IMG/VR virus record: IMGVR_UViG_3300030329_005658
Location: 1-64,000 of that record
Reading direction: 5' to 3' (one strand)
DNA from: a virus
Length of the DNA: 64,000 bases
This document shows, in pieces, positions 54,963 to 64,000 of this stretch (its first letter is position 1; every line of letters starts with the position of its first letter). A program made the translations under genes and the position numbers. The notes under the pieces are model-generated. The model made no database searches and was not told the DNA's origin. It saw only the letters and a list, made by a program, of their open reading frames with translations.

Positions 54963-55397
54963 ATGGCTAAATTAGGAAGATATGCTGCGAACCGTTTTAA
55001 AACAGAAGCGTTGGCGGCAAACAAGACCGTTGATGTTTCAGATTGCGGAACCATGTTCATGTATAGTGAAACCGCTAGTTTTACAAGTATTCAGTTGCCA
55101 ACCGTTGCCGAAGCAGGAGCAGGATGGTGGTGTCGTGTTGTTGTCACTTCAATGAATGGTGGTGCTGATGTTGATTGCTCTATTAAACAATCAACAAGCG
55201 ACTCTAACAACATTGTTAAAGTTAGGTTCTTAGACGGCTCTGGTGGTTCGGTTACACAAACTGCTGGTGATGGTGTAACTATTATTGGAAATACTGCTGT
55301 CGTTGGTGATTATGTTGAGTTGTGGTGTGACGGAACAACTTGGCATGGTGTTGCTGTTTGTTCTGCCGCTGGTGGTCTTGTAAAGTATGACGCATAA
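54963..55397 (+). CDS. Putative capsid decoration protein
   Basis: Follows the capsid gene. LP..AEAG.GW...GDYVEL.CDGTTW resembles the C-terminal domain of the 43699-48702 family. Confidence 0.6.
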   Translation: MAKLGRYAANRFKTEALAANKTVDVSDCGTMFMYSETASFTSIQLPTVAEAGAGWWCRVVVTSMNGGADVDCSIKQSTSDSNNIVKVRFLDGSGGSVTQTAGDGVTIIGNTAVVGDYVELWCDGTTWHGVAVCSAAGGLVKYDA

Positions 55398-55423
55398 TCC
55401 CTAATCTCCGCAACATTAAGACT

Positions 55424-55446
55424 AAGCTCACTTCGGTGGGCTTTTT
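55424..55446 (+). terminator. Intrinsic terminator with UUCG loop
   Basis: AAGCTCAC-TTCG-GTGGGCTT followed by TTT. Confidence 0.85.
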
Positions 55447-55528
55447 CTATTTGGGGAATATCCAAAATTTTATTTTCGACCAATTTTCCAGATTTGAAAC
55501 TAATTACAGAAGCTAACAAGGAGTTACC

Positions 55529-55933
55529 ATGGCTAAAAGATCACAACGCTTGAGGCGACAACAAAGAATCGAGCGAATAAAAGCAAGAGAGCAAGAGGCA
55601 AAAATGACAAAGGTTGTTGAAGACAATTCGGTCATTCTAGAGCGAATGAAAGACGTGTCAAATTCTTGTGACAAAATTTTACAAACTTTTAATATGGACG
55701 CAGACGTCATGGGCACTGATGAGGCCGATGTGACCGAGACAGCGGAAACTAACACCCCGTTATTGAAAGCCACCCAAACAGAGCCAGAATTAAAAGAAAC
55801 CACACCTACTGTTCCAAATTTAAAGAAAATGACAAAGAAAAAACTAATCACTTTGGCGAAAGAACAAAATATTAAGGTTTCCGCATCTATGACAAAGGCC
55901 AACATTATCAAGACCATCGAAGCCGAACAATAG
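55529..55933 (+). CDS. Protein with C-terminal Rho-N/HeH-like domain
   Basis: NLKKMTKKKLITLAKEQNIKVSASMTKANIIKTI; basic N-terminus. Confidence 0.65.
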   Translation: MAKRSQRLRRQQRIERIKAREQEAKMTKVVEDNSVILERMKDVSNSCDKILQTFNMDADVMGTDEADVTETAETNTPLLKATQTEPELKETTPTVPNLKKMTKKKLITLAKEQNIKVSASMTKANIIKTIEAEQ

Positions 55934-55940
55934 ATATAAG

Positions 55941-55948
55941 ACTATTTA
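55941..55948 (+). promoter_or_regulatory. Putative late promoter motif ACTATTTA
   Basis: Intergenic, 21 nt before the ATG at 55970. Confidence 0.65.
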
Positions 55949-55969
55949 CTTTGATTGGAGGTTTCATGA

Positions 55970-57217
55970 ATGTCATTACCAACTTTAACACCAACTTCGA
56001 CAACTAGCGCAATTGTGCTTCCCATAACAGGGACAGCATCTAATGTAGCAGCAGCATGTCCTATAGGATTTTATACCGCTTCAGCGGCATTTGTCACTGG
56101 GGCTGTGGCGCAAGTGGCCTTTACTTATAAAAAGTTAGGCGGAGATGTCCTTGATATTGAATTAAAAGAGCAAAATGTCTATGCTAATTACGAAGAGGCC
56201 GTATTAGAATATTCTTATATTGTAAACTTACATCAATCAAAAAACGTTTTGGGAACAGCGCTTGGAACAGAAACTGGGTCATTTAACCACAAGGGGGAAA
56301 GAACAGATAGCGGCACAAAAAATATTGAGTTAAAATATCCTAAGTTTAAATTCCAAACAGCGTTTAAGATATCGGATACCTTTTCTACAGAAGCAGGTGT
56401 CGGTGGCACCACTCCTATATATTCTGCCTCGTTCGCCCCTGTTAGTAATCAGCAGGATTATGATTTACAAAGCATTGTAGAGACACTAGACACTGCTGGT
56501 GGTGCCACATTCTCCGGAAAAGTGGGAAATAAACGAGTTTTTGTGCGCCAGGTATACTATGTGACCCCTCGACAGATGTGGAGATTTTACGGCTATTACG
56601 GCGGAATAAACGTGGTTGGCGATATGCATACTTATGGGCAATATGCTGACGATTCAACGTTCCAAGTTATACCTGCTTGGCATAACAAGGCCCAAGCAAT
56701 TGCTTATGAAGACCACCTGTATACAAGAACAAGTCACTATTCATATGAGATCATCGATAATAAATTAAGGATATATCCCACACCTACTAGCGTTTCACCA
56801 GAGAAATTTTGGTTTAGATTTTCAATTGATGAAAACCCGTTTACAGATGACGATGATGCCGGACAGGATGGTGTCAATAATATGAACACACTTCCTTTTG
56901 AGAATATAGCGTACGAGAGTATTAATTCAATTGGCAAGCAGTGGATTCGAAGATTCTCTCTTGCTTTATCAAAAGAGACTCTTGGGCAAATTAGAGGGAA
57001 GTTTGGAGGCTCTATACCTATACCTGGCGATAATATTACACTTAATTCTGCTGATCTTTTGTCGCAAGCCAAAGACGAGCAAAATCAACTTAGAGATGAA
57101 TTAAAAACACAACTTGACGAGATAACTTATCCAAAATTATTAGCCACTGATAACGAAATGACTGAGAATGCCAAAAATATATTAACTGATGTTCCTCTTA
57201 AGGTCTTTGTAGGATAA
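55970..57217 (+). CDS. Neck protein (T4 gp13-like)
   Basis: KLGGDVLDIEL; WIRRFSLALSKETLGQIRGKF..IPIPG..ITLN..DL. Confidence 0.85.
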   Translation: MSLPTLTPTSTTSAIVLPITGTASNVAAACPIGFYTASAAFVTGAVAQVAFTYKKLGGDVLDIELKEQNVYANYEEAVLEYSYIVNLHQSKNVLGTALGTETGSFNHKGERTDSGTKNIELKYPKFKFQTAFKISDTFSTEAGVGGTTPIYSASFAPVSNQQDYDLQSIVETLDTAGGATFSGKVGNKRVFVRQVYYVTPRQMWRFYGYYGGINVVGDMHTYGQYADDSTFQVIPAWHNKAQAIAYEDHLYTRTSHYSYEIIDNKLRIYPTPTSVSPEKFWFRFSIDENPFTDDDDAGQDGVNNMNTLPFENIAYESINSIGKQWIRRFSLALSKETLGQIRGKFGGSIPIPGDNITLNSADLLSQAKDEQNQLRDELKTQLDEITYPKLLATDNEMTENAKNILTDVPLKVFVG

Positions 57218-57221
57218 TATA

Positions 57222-57713
57222 ATGTCTGATAACAAATGGAAAAAACCAAACCAACCGCCCCCACCGCTGTTTTTGGGAGAAAAAGAGCGTGATCTTGTAA
57301 AGCAGGTCAATGATGAAATTATAGAAAGGGTCGTGGGGCAGCAAATACTATATTTTGCTATTGACACAGATTATACAAATTACCATCACTTGTATGGCGA
57401 GGCTATGGAGAAAACTTTTCTCCCACCAATAAGGGTTCATGCCCTTGTAGAATACCAAGGTGTTGAGAGCACATATACAAGCAACATTGGTGTCGACAAG
57501 TTAACCAAAATTAGTGTTAAGTTTCATAAAAGGCGCTTAACAGAAGACCAGGATCTTTTTGTGAGGGAAGGCGACTTCGTTAGATACGGGGAGATATTTT
57601 ACGAAGTTGTTAAGCTAATAGAGCCAAAATTACTCTTCGGACAACCGGAACACAGATTTGAAATACAAGCAGAATGCATAAGAGCAAGGGATGGATTATT
57701 TAATGCCAACTAA
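57222..57713 (+). CDS. Neck/head-completion protein (gp14-like)
   Basis: Position after gp13; LYGEA..K.F.PP, EGDFV.YG..FYEV. Confidence 0.7.
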   Translation: MSDNKWKKPNQPPPPLFLGEKERDLVKQVNDEIIERVVGQQILYFAIDTDYTNYHHLYGEAMEKTFLPPIRVHALVEYQGVESTYTSNIGVDKLTKISVKFHKRRLTEDQDLFVREGDFVRYGEIFYEVVKLIEPKLLFGQPEHRFEIQAECIRARDGLFNAN

Positions 57714-58524
57714 AAAGCAACTAAAACCCTCAACTATAGAGAATATTGATGTTGGATTTTACAATTGGGTAAAAGAGGATATTAATATTTCTGTAAACAC
57801 AAATGAGGGATATAAAAAAGTACCAGTCTTATGGCTAGGGGCAGAAAGGGCCTTTCAGATTAAAAACGATAAATTAATCAGAGACAGCGCAGGAAAATTA
57901 ATTATGCCTCTCATGACTGTCCATAGAGATTCCATCTCAAAAGATCCCAATTTCAAAGGAACGTTTCAGGCACACATTGAAGAATTCAGCGATATTAAGG
58001 GTGGGGTTATTTCTGTTCACCAAGAAGTAAATCAAGAAAAAAGCAGAAATCTAGAAAATGCTGCCAAAGCAAAAATACTGAAGAACGCAAATGAAACTGG
58101 AACCAACAGGGAGGGGTTTAAAACCAAATCAGTTACGGTTTATAACAATTACAGCATGCCTATTCCGACTTATATCACGGTCATGTATACAATAACCCTC
58201 AGGGCCGAATATCAACAGCAAATGAATGATTTAATAACACCATTTATAATATCAACTGGTCAAATTAATGGTTTCATTTTCAAAAACGACAACTGGCCCT
58301 ACGAAGCGTTTATACAACAAGATTTTTCCGAAAATAAAAACTTAGAGAATATGGGCGAAGAAGAGCGCATGTTTGAGACTAAAGTACAAGTTAAGGTTTC
58401 GGGGTATTTAATTGGAGACCCCAATAATAGAGACAAACCCATATTAACTAAAAGAGAGAGCATTATTAAAGTTGAAATAGGCTCAGAGCGAGCTATTATT
58501 GGTGATCCATTTGTAAAAAGATAG
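57703..58524 (+). CDS. Tail terminator/sheath stabiliser (gp15-like)
   Basis: Position before the sheath; KVPV....ER, P.P.YITV.Y.I......QQMNDL. Confidence 0.65.
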   Translation: MPTKKQLKPSTIENIDVGFYNWVKEDINISVNTNEGYKKVPVLWLGAERAFQIKNDKLIRDSAGKLIMPLMTVHRDSISKDPNFKGTFQAHIEEFSDIKGGVISVHQEVNQEKSRNLENAAKAKILKNANETGTNREGFKTKSVTVYNNYSMPIPTYITVMYTITLRAEYQQQMNDLITPFIISTGQINGFIFKNDNWPYEAFIQQDFSENKNLENMGEEERMFETKVQVKVSGYLIGDPNNRDKPILTKRESIIKVEIGSERAIIGDPFVKR

Positions 58525-58569
58525 AAATAAAATGCTTTTTTTATTAAAATGCGTTTACAGCAATAAAGC

Positions 58570-58577
58570 ACTATTTA
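58570..58577 (+). promoter_or_regulatory. Putative late promoter motif ACTATTTA
   Basis: Intergenic, 31 nt before the sheath ATG. Confidence 0.65.
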
Positions 58578-58608
58578 GTTTAGATAAAATTATAAGGAGA
58601 ATATTTTA

Positions 58609-61600
58609 ATGGCTATTTCAGATTTCGATTTCAAGTCACCGGGTGTTCAAATCCGAGAGGTAGACAAGTCTACTTTCCCACAAGCTCCAGACGAGCCAGG
58701 TATTGTAATCATTGGCAGGGCGCCTTCAGGCCCCGGAATGACTCCAGTTAAAGTTAATAGTTTAGAGCAATTTGAATTAATTTTCGGTAAGCCGATCAAT
58801 GGTTTAAGCTCTGGAAAGGGTGACGTATATAGAAACGGGAATACACAGGGCCCCACATACGGGATGTATGCTGCTAAGGCTTGGTTAGCCTCTGGTGAAT
58901 CTCCTGTCACATTCATAAGATTGCTTGGTGAGGATAATGCTGAATCCACAGCCGCAGCAACAAAAGCCGGATGGAATTTAGGAGGAGCAGCGCTCCATAC
59001 CAGTGCCCCAGAGTCCAATACTAGCGCGTATGGTCTTTTTGTAATGCCGTCGTCTTCGGCCACTGCGGATGGCAAAGGTACGTTGGCTGCGATTATTTAC
59101 ACAACTGGCTCCGCTTTGACTCTTAGCGGTACTGCTGTTGAGGGCAGTCCTGTTTCTGAGGCTGGTACTCTTATTAAATCAGTTGGCTCTAACAATTCTT
59201 TTATTTTGGATATTTGGGATGACGCTAGCACATTGAATGAATCTCTTACATTCCATTTTAATCCCGACAACAGAGATGGTTATATTAGAAATGTTCTCAA
59301 TACAAATCCGCAAAGAATTTACACCACAAACTATGCCTCTTCAGAAGCTAAAACATATTTTCTTGGTGAGACTTTCGAAGAAAGCTATAATAGGTTCGCA
59401 TCGGCGACAACTGCTGATAATTACGCAATGTTGTTGCCCCTGGAGTTAAAAAGTGGGGGCGCATCCGACAACTTTATTAACCACCTAGGTGATGCTGCCG
59501 CTCCCAAAACAGGGTGGATCATTTCAAAAGATCCGAGTCCACAGGCTGCTTCATATGCTTCATGGAAAGCGGAAGATATGAAAAAGCTATTTAGAATTCA
59601 TTCTCGTCATGACGGGGAGTGGATGCATAAATATCACATTAGAGTGACTGATTTGGCCATTGGGAACACCATAAACCCGGATTCGTCTTTTACAATTGAA
59701 GTTGTAAGAGGAGAAACCGTTGTTGAAAGATTCTCCAACCTTAATCTTAATGCGGAAAGCAGCAACTTTGTTGCCAGAAGAATTGGAGATGCTAAACTGA
59801 ATTGGGATACGGTGAATCGTGTATTTAATACGGAAGGCGAATTTCCAAATCGTTCAAACTATATTAGAATTGAACAAAGTGATGCTCTGAAGGCCAATGC
59901 TCTTTCTGATGATTACGCAATTCCTTGGGGCTTTTATGGCCCTGCGAGACCAAAAGGCTTTACTTTGGTACAGGGCTCCAGCGGACCAAACGCGTTTGGA
60001 GATACAGTTAATGATGGCGCATCGGCAGCAGCCGCCAAAGTGACTCTTACTTTTGCCGGTCAGGCGCACGCAAACAATAATGATGAATTTAAGCTTACTG
60101 TGGATGGGATTGAATATAAGATTTTGGCGAATAATGGTGGCTCAACCGCTACGGATTGGTCCGCTGATGGGGCTAATTTCACTGCTACTATTGACGGATC
60201 ACCGGGTAATGCCGAAGGTTATAGAGATGAAGTATTCGTTCTTGTAAACAAAATTGATACTGATAACTGGGTTGCTGCAAAGCCTACCAGCACTTCGCTA
60301 ACACTGACAGCCAAATCTACAGGGCCTGGATTTACTGTGACTTATTCTGAAACCACCGACGATAATAATGCCCTTTCAGCGTCGGCAGTTGTTGGTGTAG
60401 ACGATGACGATGTAACCAACGTATATATAAAAGGCAACGATGCGGTGCCAAAAACTGGTGGTAGTACTAATATTTTTGCGCAACTAGCAAATGATATGTC
60501 TGCCTCCTTTAGATTCCCAAGAATGAAATTGACAGAACAAAGCACAGCTAATGGTGCTGATTACACCAAGAACGATGATATGGGTGTCAGGCAAGCGTTC
60601 TCCACTGATAAGAAAAAGAATGCCGCTGGTGTTAAATATCGCGGCGATTACGGAGATCTCTGTAGGGAACAAGTCTTCGGGCTCCACAGTGATGCTGGTA
60701 CAAATACAGAGCACTCTTTCATCTTTAGTATGGATGATGTTAAGTCTGATCCTACTAAAAGCGATGGAACCAATACCGCAAGATGGTATTGGGCATCTGG
60801 CTCTCATGCTGCCGGAACAGCTTATACTTACCTTTCTGGTAGCAACAAGCTGCTTACTAACGGGCCAAGGTCGTTTAACATTCCTATTTTTGGTGGAAGG
60901 GACGGACTTGATATCACTCATGTAGATCCTTTTTCTAACCTTAATGTTTTGGCCACTGCTAATATTTCTGAAACATCCCATTACGCATACAACTCTATCG
61001 CAAAAGCATTCGATATGCTTAGAGATGAAGAGCAACTTCCTGCTAGTCTTATTGCTATGCCTGGTCTTACAAACAATGCTCTATTAACTGAATTGGTTGA
61101 GATCGTCGAAACAAGAAAAGACACTATGGCGATTGTTGATTATGCCGATGGTTACAAGGAAAAGTATGAAAATAATGGCGCATTTGATACTTCTGGTGGA
61201 ACGGTGGCAACCGTCAAAGACACCTCTGATACATTGGAGATTGATTCCTCAAGAGTAGCGACTTACTTCCCAAGAGTTAGAATCACAGATGGAGCATTTA
61301 ACTTCATTGCTCCTGCTTCTGTTGCTGCCATTGGCGCTTTGGCCTTTAACGACGCTAATTCTTCTGGTCCTTGGTTTGCTCCAGCAGGGTTTAACAGGGG
61401 TGGGCTTTCCATTCTTGGCGGACGAGATTCAGGGCTATCTGTTGTTAACACACTGAAAAATTTGACCAAAGCCAATAGAGATGATTTGTACGATAGCCGA
61501 TACCATATCAATCCTATTGCGAGATTCCCTGCGGTTGGTGAGATTGTAATCTTTGGTCAAAAGACTCTGTATAAAGCAGAGCCGACTTCAGCGCTTACAA

Positions 61601-61905
61601 GAGTAAACGTAAGAAGGCTTTTGATTTATTTAAGAGAAAAGATAGGCGCAATCGCAGATACTGTATTGTTTGAACAAAGTGTAGCAGCTACGTTTAATAA
61701 CTTCTCAGCAAGAGTAAGAAGCGTCTTGGATGATGTCAAGTCTAATTTTGGTATCACGCAATACAAAATTGACCTTGATGAAAGTCTAACTGCCGAGGCG
61801 CAAGATAAAAACATGATGTATGTCAAGATTTTTATCAAGCCTGCGCGCGCAATTGAGTTCATCGCTATCGATTTTATTATAAGTCGATCTGACGCAGAAT
61901 TGTAA
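58609..61905 (+). CDS. Tail sheath protein (T4 gp18-like)
   Basis: SPGVQIREVD, PWFAPAGFNRG, INPIA.FP..GEIVIFGQKTL, LTRVNVRRLL, IKPARAIEFIAIDF. Confidence 0.95.
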   Translation: MAISDFDFKSPGVQIREVDKSTFPQAPDEPGIVIIGRAPSGPGMTPVKVNSLEQFELIFGKPINGLSSGKGDVYRNGNTQGPTYGMYAAKAWLASGESPVTFIRLLGEDNAESTAAATKAGWNLGGAALHTSAPESNTSAYGLFVMPSSSATADGKGTLAAIIYTTGSALTLSGTAVEGSPVSEAGTLIKSVGSNNSFILDIWDDASTLNESLTFHFNPDNRDGYIRNVLNTNPQRIYTTNYASSEAKTYFLGETFEESYNRFASATTADNYAMLLPLELKSGGASDNFINHLGDAAAPKTGWIISKDPSPQAASYASWKAEDMKKLFRIHSRHDGEWMHKYHIRVTDLAIGNTINPDSSFTIEVVRGETVVERFSNLNLNAESSNFVARRIGDAKLNWDTVNRVFNTEGEFPNRSNYIRIEQSDALKANALSDDYAIPWGFYGPARPKGFTLVQGSSGPNAFGDTVNDGASAAAAKVTLTFAGQAHANNNDEFKLTVDGIEYKILANNGGSTATDWSADGANFTATIDGSPGNAEGYRDEVFVLVNKIDTDNWVAAKPTSTSLTLTAKSTGPGFTVTYSETTDDNNALSASAVVGVDDDDVTNVYIKGNDAVPKTGGSTNIFAQLANDMSASFRFPRMKLTEQSTANGADYTKNDDMGVRQAFSTDKKKNAAGVKYRGDYGDLCREQVFGLHSDAGTNTEHSFIFSMDDVKSDPTKSDGTNTARWYWASGSHAAGTAYTYLSGSNKLLTNGPRSFNIPIFGGRDGLDITHVDPFSNLNVLATANISETSHYAYNSIAKAFDMLRDEEQLPASLIAMPGLTNNALLTELVEIVETRKDTMAIVDYADGYKEKYENNGAFDTSGGTVATVKDTSDTLEIDSSRVATYFPRVRITDGAFNFIAPASVAAIGALAFNDANSSGPWFAPAGFNRGGLSILGGRDSGLSVVNTLKNLTKANRDDLYDSRYHINPIARFPAVGEIVIFGQKTLYKAEPTSALTRVNVRRLLIYLREKIGAIADTVLFEQSVAATFNNFSARVRSVLDDVKSNFGITQYKIDLDESLTAEAQDKNMMYVKIFIKPARAIEFIAIDFIISRSDAEL

Positions 61906-61912
61906 TCTGTGT

Positions 61913-61920
61913 ACTATTTA
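61913..61920 (+). promoter_or_regulatory. Putative late promoter motif ACTATTTA
   Basis: Intergenic, 25 nt before the tube ATG. Confidence 0.65.
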
Positions 61921-61945
61921 AAGTAAAAGTAGGAGATTTTTTAAT

Positions 61946-62533
61946 ATGGCATTTTGGCACACGGGTGATGTAGAGCCCAAAAGAAATTATAGGTTTTTAG
62001 TAGAACTTGGAGCTACCACCGACAGCATGGGCGGTACCCAATGGTGGGCAAAAACCTGCGATACTCCCTCTTGGGATGTTAGCGAGGTCGAGCACAATTT
62101 CTATGATAATAAGTATTATTATCCTGGTCGTGTTTCGTGGAATGAGATCTCAATGACTGTTGTTGACCCCAAGGCAACTAATGTTGTTTGGAAACTTAAC
62201 AAAACTCTCCAGAAAGGAAATTATAATATTAAGGATGAAGCGGACGTAAACGACGCTCCAACGTCGATGTCGAAACCTTCTATGAACGGGGCCCTGGGCC
62301 AAGTGACTATAACTGTTTATGATGCTGAGGGCAACCAGGTAGAAAAGTGGACACTTAAAAACGCATGGTTGAAATCCGCTAAATTCGGAACACTAGACTA
62401 TAGTAGCGACGAATTAAAGCAAGTAGATTTAACAATTAGATATGACTGGTGTCTTGTACAAGGAGAAACCGGCGGAGAAACAATACATGATAACGGCTCT
62501 GCGCCATCAGGTCCAGGCACACCAACAATATAG
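61946..62533 (+). CDS. Tail tube protein (T4 gp19-like)
   Basis: EPKRNYRF, YYPGRVSW..I..T..DP, EKWTLKNAW...FG.LDYSS.E......IRYDW. Confidence 0.9.
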   Translation: MAFWHTGDVEPKRNYRFLVELGATTDSMGGTQWWAKTCDTPSWDVSEVEHNFYDNKYYYPGRVSWNEISMTVVDPKATNVVWKLNKTLQKGNYNIKDEADVNDAPTSMSKPSMNGALGQVTITVYDAEGNQVEKWTLKNAWLKSAKFGTLDYSSDELKQVDLTIRYDWCLVQGETGGETIHDNGSAPSGPGTPTI

Positions 62534-62542
62534 AGGTAAGTA

Positions 62543-63061
62543 ATGGCCTTCTGGAATTTAGGCGACGTAACACCAGTTAGAAAATATAGATTTTCCTTTT
62601 CGCTGGGTGGCTCCAATAAAGAGAAAGAGCAGACTCCATGGTGGTGGGCGAAAACCGTTTCAAAGCCCTCATATGAGGTTAATACGTCCGAATACCAACT
62701 GATTAATCATAAATTTAAATATCCTGGTGTTTTAGTGTGGCAGGATGTTAATATTGTTATTGTTGATGTTGGCGGAAAAGCCAAATCCCTTATGGATGAA
62801 ATAAAAGGTTTTGGATATAAAAAGCCTACTGATAAGTCAAAAGGCATTGAGAAGCAAAAAGCGAATTGTAATATTATTCAATACGATGATCAAGGGGCCT
62901 CCATCGAAAAATGGACTTTGAATAATGTGTTCATTAAATCAATTAATTTTGGAGATTTGGATTATTCAAGCGATGAATTTGTTGAATTACAGCTAACTTT
63001 AATGTATGATTGGGCTGAGCTTGAATCGGCAGACTCTAAAGATAAAAAAACAACTAAATAA
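62543..63061 (+). CDS. Second tail tube-like paralog
   Basis: MAFW start; KYPG...W; EKWTLNN.F...FGDLDYSSDE....L.L.YDW. Confidence 0.85.
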   Translation: MAFWNLGDVTPVRKYRFSFSLGGSNKEKEQTPWWWAKTVSKPSYEVNTSEYQLINHKFKYPGVLVWQDVNIVIVDVGGKAKSLMDEIKGFGYKKPTDKSKGIEKQKANCNIIQYDDQGASIEKWTLNNVFIKSINFGDLDYSSDEFVELQLTLMYDWAELESADSKDKKTTK

Positions 63062-63072
63062 CAGGAGTTTAA

Positions 63073-63921
63073 ATGAGTAGAAATAGTAGCAGACTTGGGG
63101 CAGAGCAACCACAAAACTCTGACGCACCTCCAAGGGAAAAGTCTTTTGACCCTCTGCATTTTGTAGCACCAACGGAGTTTGTAGAACTCCCGTCGAAAGG
63201 AATGGGGTATCCTGAAAACCACCCACTACACAACCAAGAAACAGTCGAGATAAGATACATGACTGCTAAAGACGAAGACATTTTGTCCTCAAGGGCTTTG
63301 CTAAAAAAGGGTGTCGCTCTTGAGAGGTTTATGGAAAATATCATTGTTGACAAGAGCATCAAACCAGAAGGGCTTTTGACTGGAGACCGCAATGCTATAA
63401 TCATTGCTGCTCGCGTTTCTGGATATGGGTCCAATTACGAAACCTTGGTTACTTGTCCAGCTTGCGGATCAAAGGAGACGTATTCATTTGATCTAAATAA
63501 CAGAAAGGTCCATGAACCAACATTCACTGACGAGTTGAACATCACCAAGACTGAGAACGGAACGTTCACCACAGTCATGCCGCATACCAAATTTAATGTT
63601 GAATTTAAATTGCTGCGAGGACAAGACGAAACGTATCTTGCGACGCTACTTGAAGACAAGAGAAGAAGGAAGATTGTGGAAAGCGCACTCTCTGATCAAT
63701 ACAGGACGATGATCGTCTCGATTGAGGGGCACACAGATGGAGCAATCATCAACAGGTATGTTCAGAATATGCCGACCCTTGACTCTCGACATCTCCGGAT
63801 GTGTTATAAAATGATGTCTCCAGATGTCAAAATCGAAAACAATTTTGTATGCTCCACTTGCGATCATGCTGAGGAGGTAAATGTTCCGTTCGGAACGGAC
63901 TTTTTTTGGCCTGACCGATAA
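63073..63921 (+). CDS. Baseplate hub / tail assembly chaperone (T4 gp26-like)
   Basis: VELPSKG, YMTAKDEDIL, GDRNAI...AR...YG..Y, CPAC and CSTC; ends FFWPDR. Confidence 0.8.
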   Translation: MSRNSSRLGAEQPQNSDAPPREKSFDPLHFVAPTEFVELPSKGMGYPENHPLHNQETVEIRYMTAKDEDILSSRALLKKGVALERFMENIIVDKSIKPEGLLTGDRNAIIIAARVSGYGSNYETLVTCPACGSKETYSFDLNNRKVHEPTFTDELNITKTENGTFTTVMPHTKFNVEFKLLRGQDETYLATLLEDKRRRKIVESALSDQYRTMIVSIEGHTDGAIINRYVQNMPTLDSRHLRMCYKMMSPDVKIENNFVCSTCDHAEEVNVPFGTDFFWPDR

Positions 63922-64000
63922 GTACCAAGAAGCATTGTATGAGCAATTCTTTTTGCTCAAGCACTTTGGGGGATGGTCATTAATGGAATTATATAATCTC
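63881..64000 (+). CDS. gp51-like hub assembly protein, 3'-partial; may be a frameshift extension of the gp26-like gene
   Basis: The +1 frame is open from ATG 63881 to the window end: ...FFGLTDKYQEALYEQFFLLKHFGGWSLMELYNL. Confidence 0.6.
   Translation, partial: MFRSERTFFGLTDKYQEALYEQFFLLKHFGGWSLMELYNL

Noticed and set aside
1-64000. Stop-codon reassignment
   Set aside because: Core genes are full length in the standard code, and TAA, TAG and TGA all end genes at sensible positions.
1-64000. tRNA or rRNA genes
   Set aside because: Intergenic gaps are short and I saw no cloverleaf or T-loop signature; a tRNAscan run would confirm.

Overview
A 64-kb, entirely plus-strand piece of a large T4-like myophage genome that uses the standard genetic code. 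It has three parts. (1) 1-22976: baseplate and virion proteins, including a gp6-like wedge, a DNRLRE-like protein, a 2230-aa LamG protein and paralogous baseplate proteins. (2) 22995-35376: an accessory and replication block behind sigma70-type promoters. It contains a RuvC-like resolvase, ClpS, a class II aldolase, primase, a GIY-YIG endonuclease, a stand-alone Smr protein, an SbcD-SbcC fusion and a membrane/lysis-like cluster. (3) 35386-64000: head and tail morphogenesis genes (terminase, portal, prohead protease, ribosomal protein bS21, fibre/decoration paralogs, scaffold, major capsid, neck, sheath, two tube genes, hub). The most unusual feature is an array of 15 small paralogous 'MKIGDLV...LEVINE' genes (KOW/SH3-like). 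They are joined by a degenerate ~37-nt direct repeat that at once encodes the last strand of one protein, its stop codon, and the Shine-Dalgarno, start and first strand of the next. The main 11-gene array begins with a 15-codon leader ORF and runs straight into primase. A recurring (A)CTATTTA motif precedes the late genes. All product names come from motifs recognised by eye; no database search was run.
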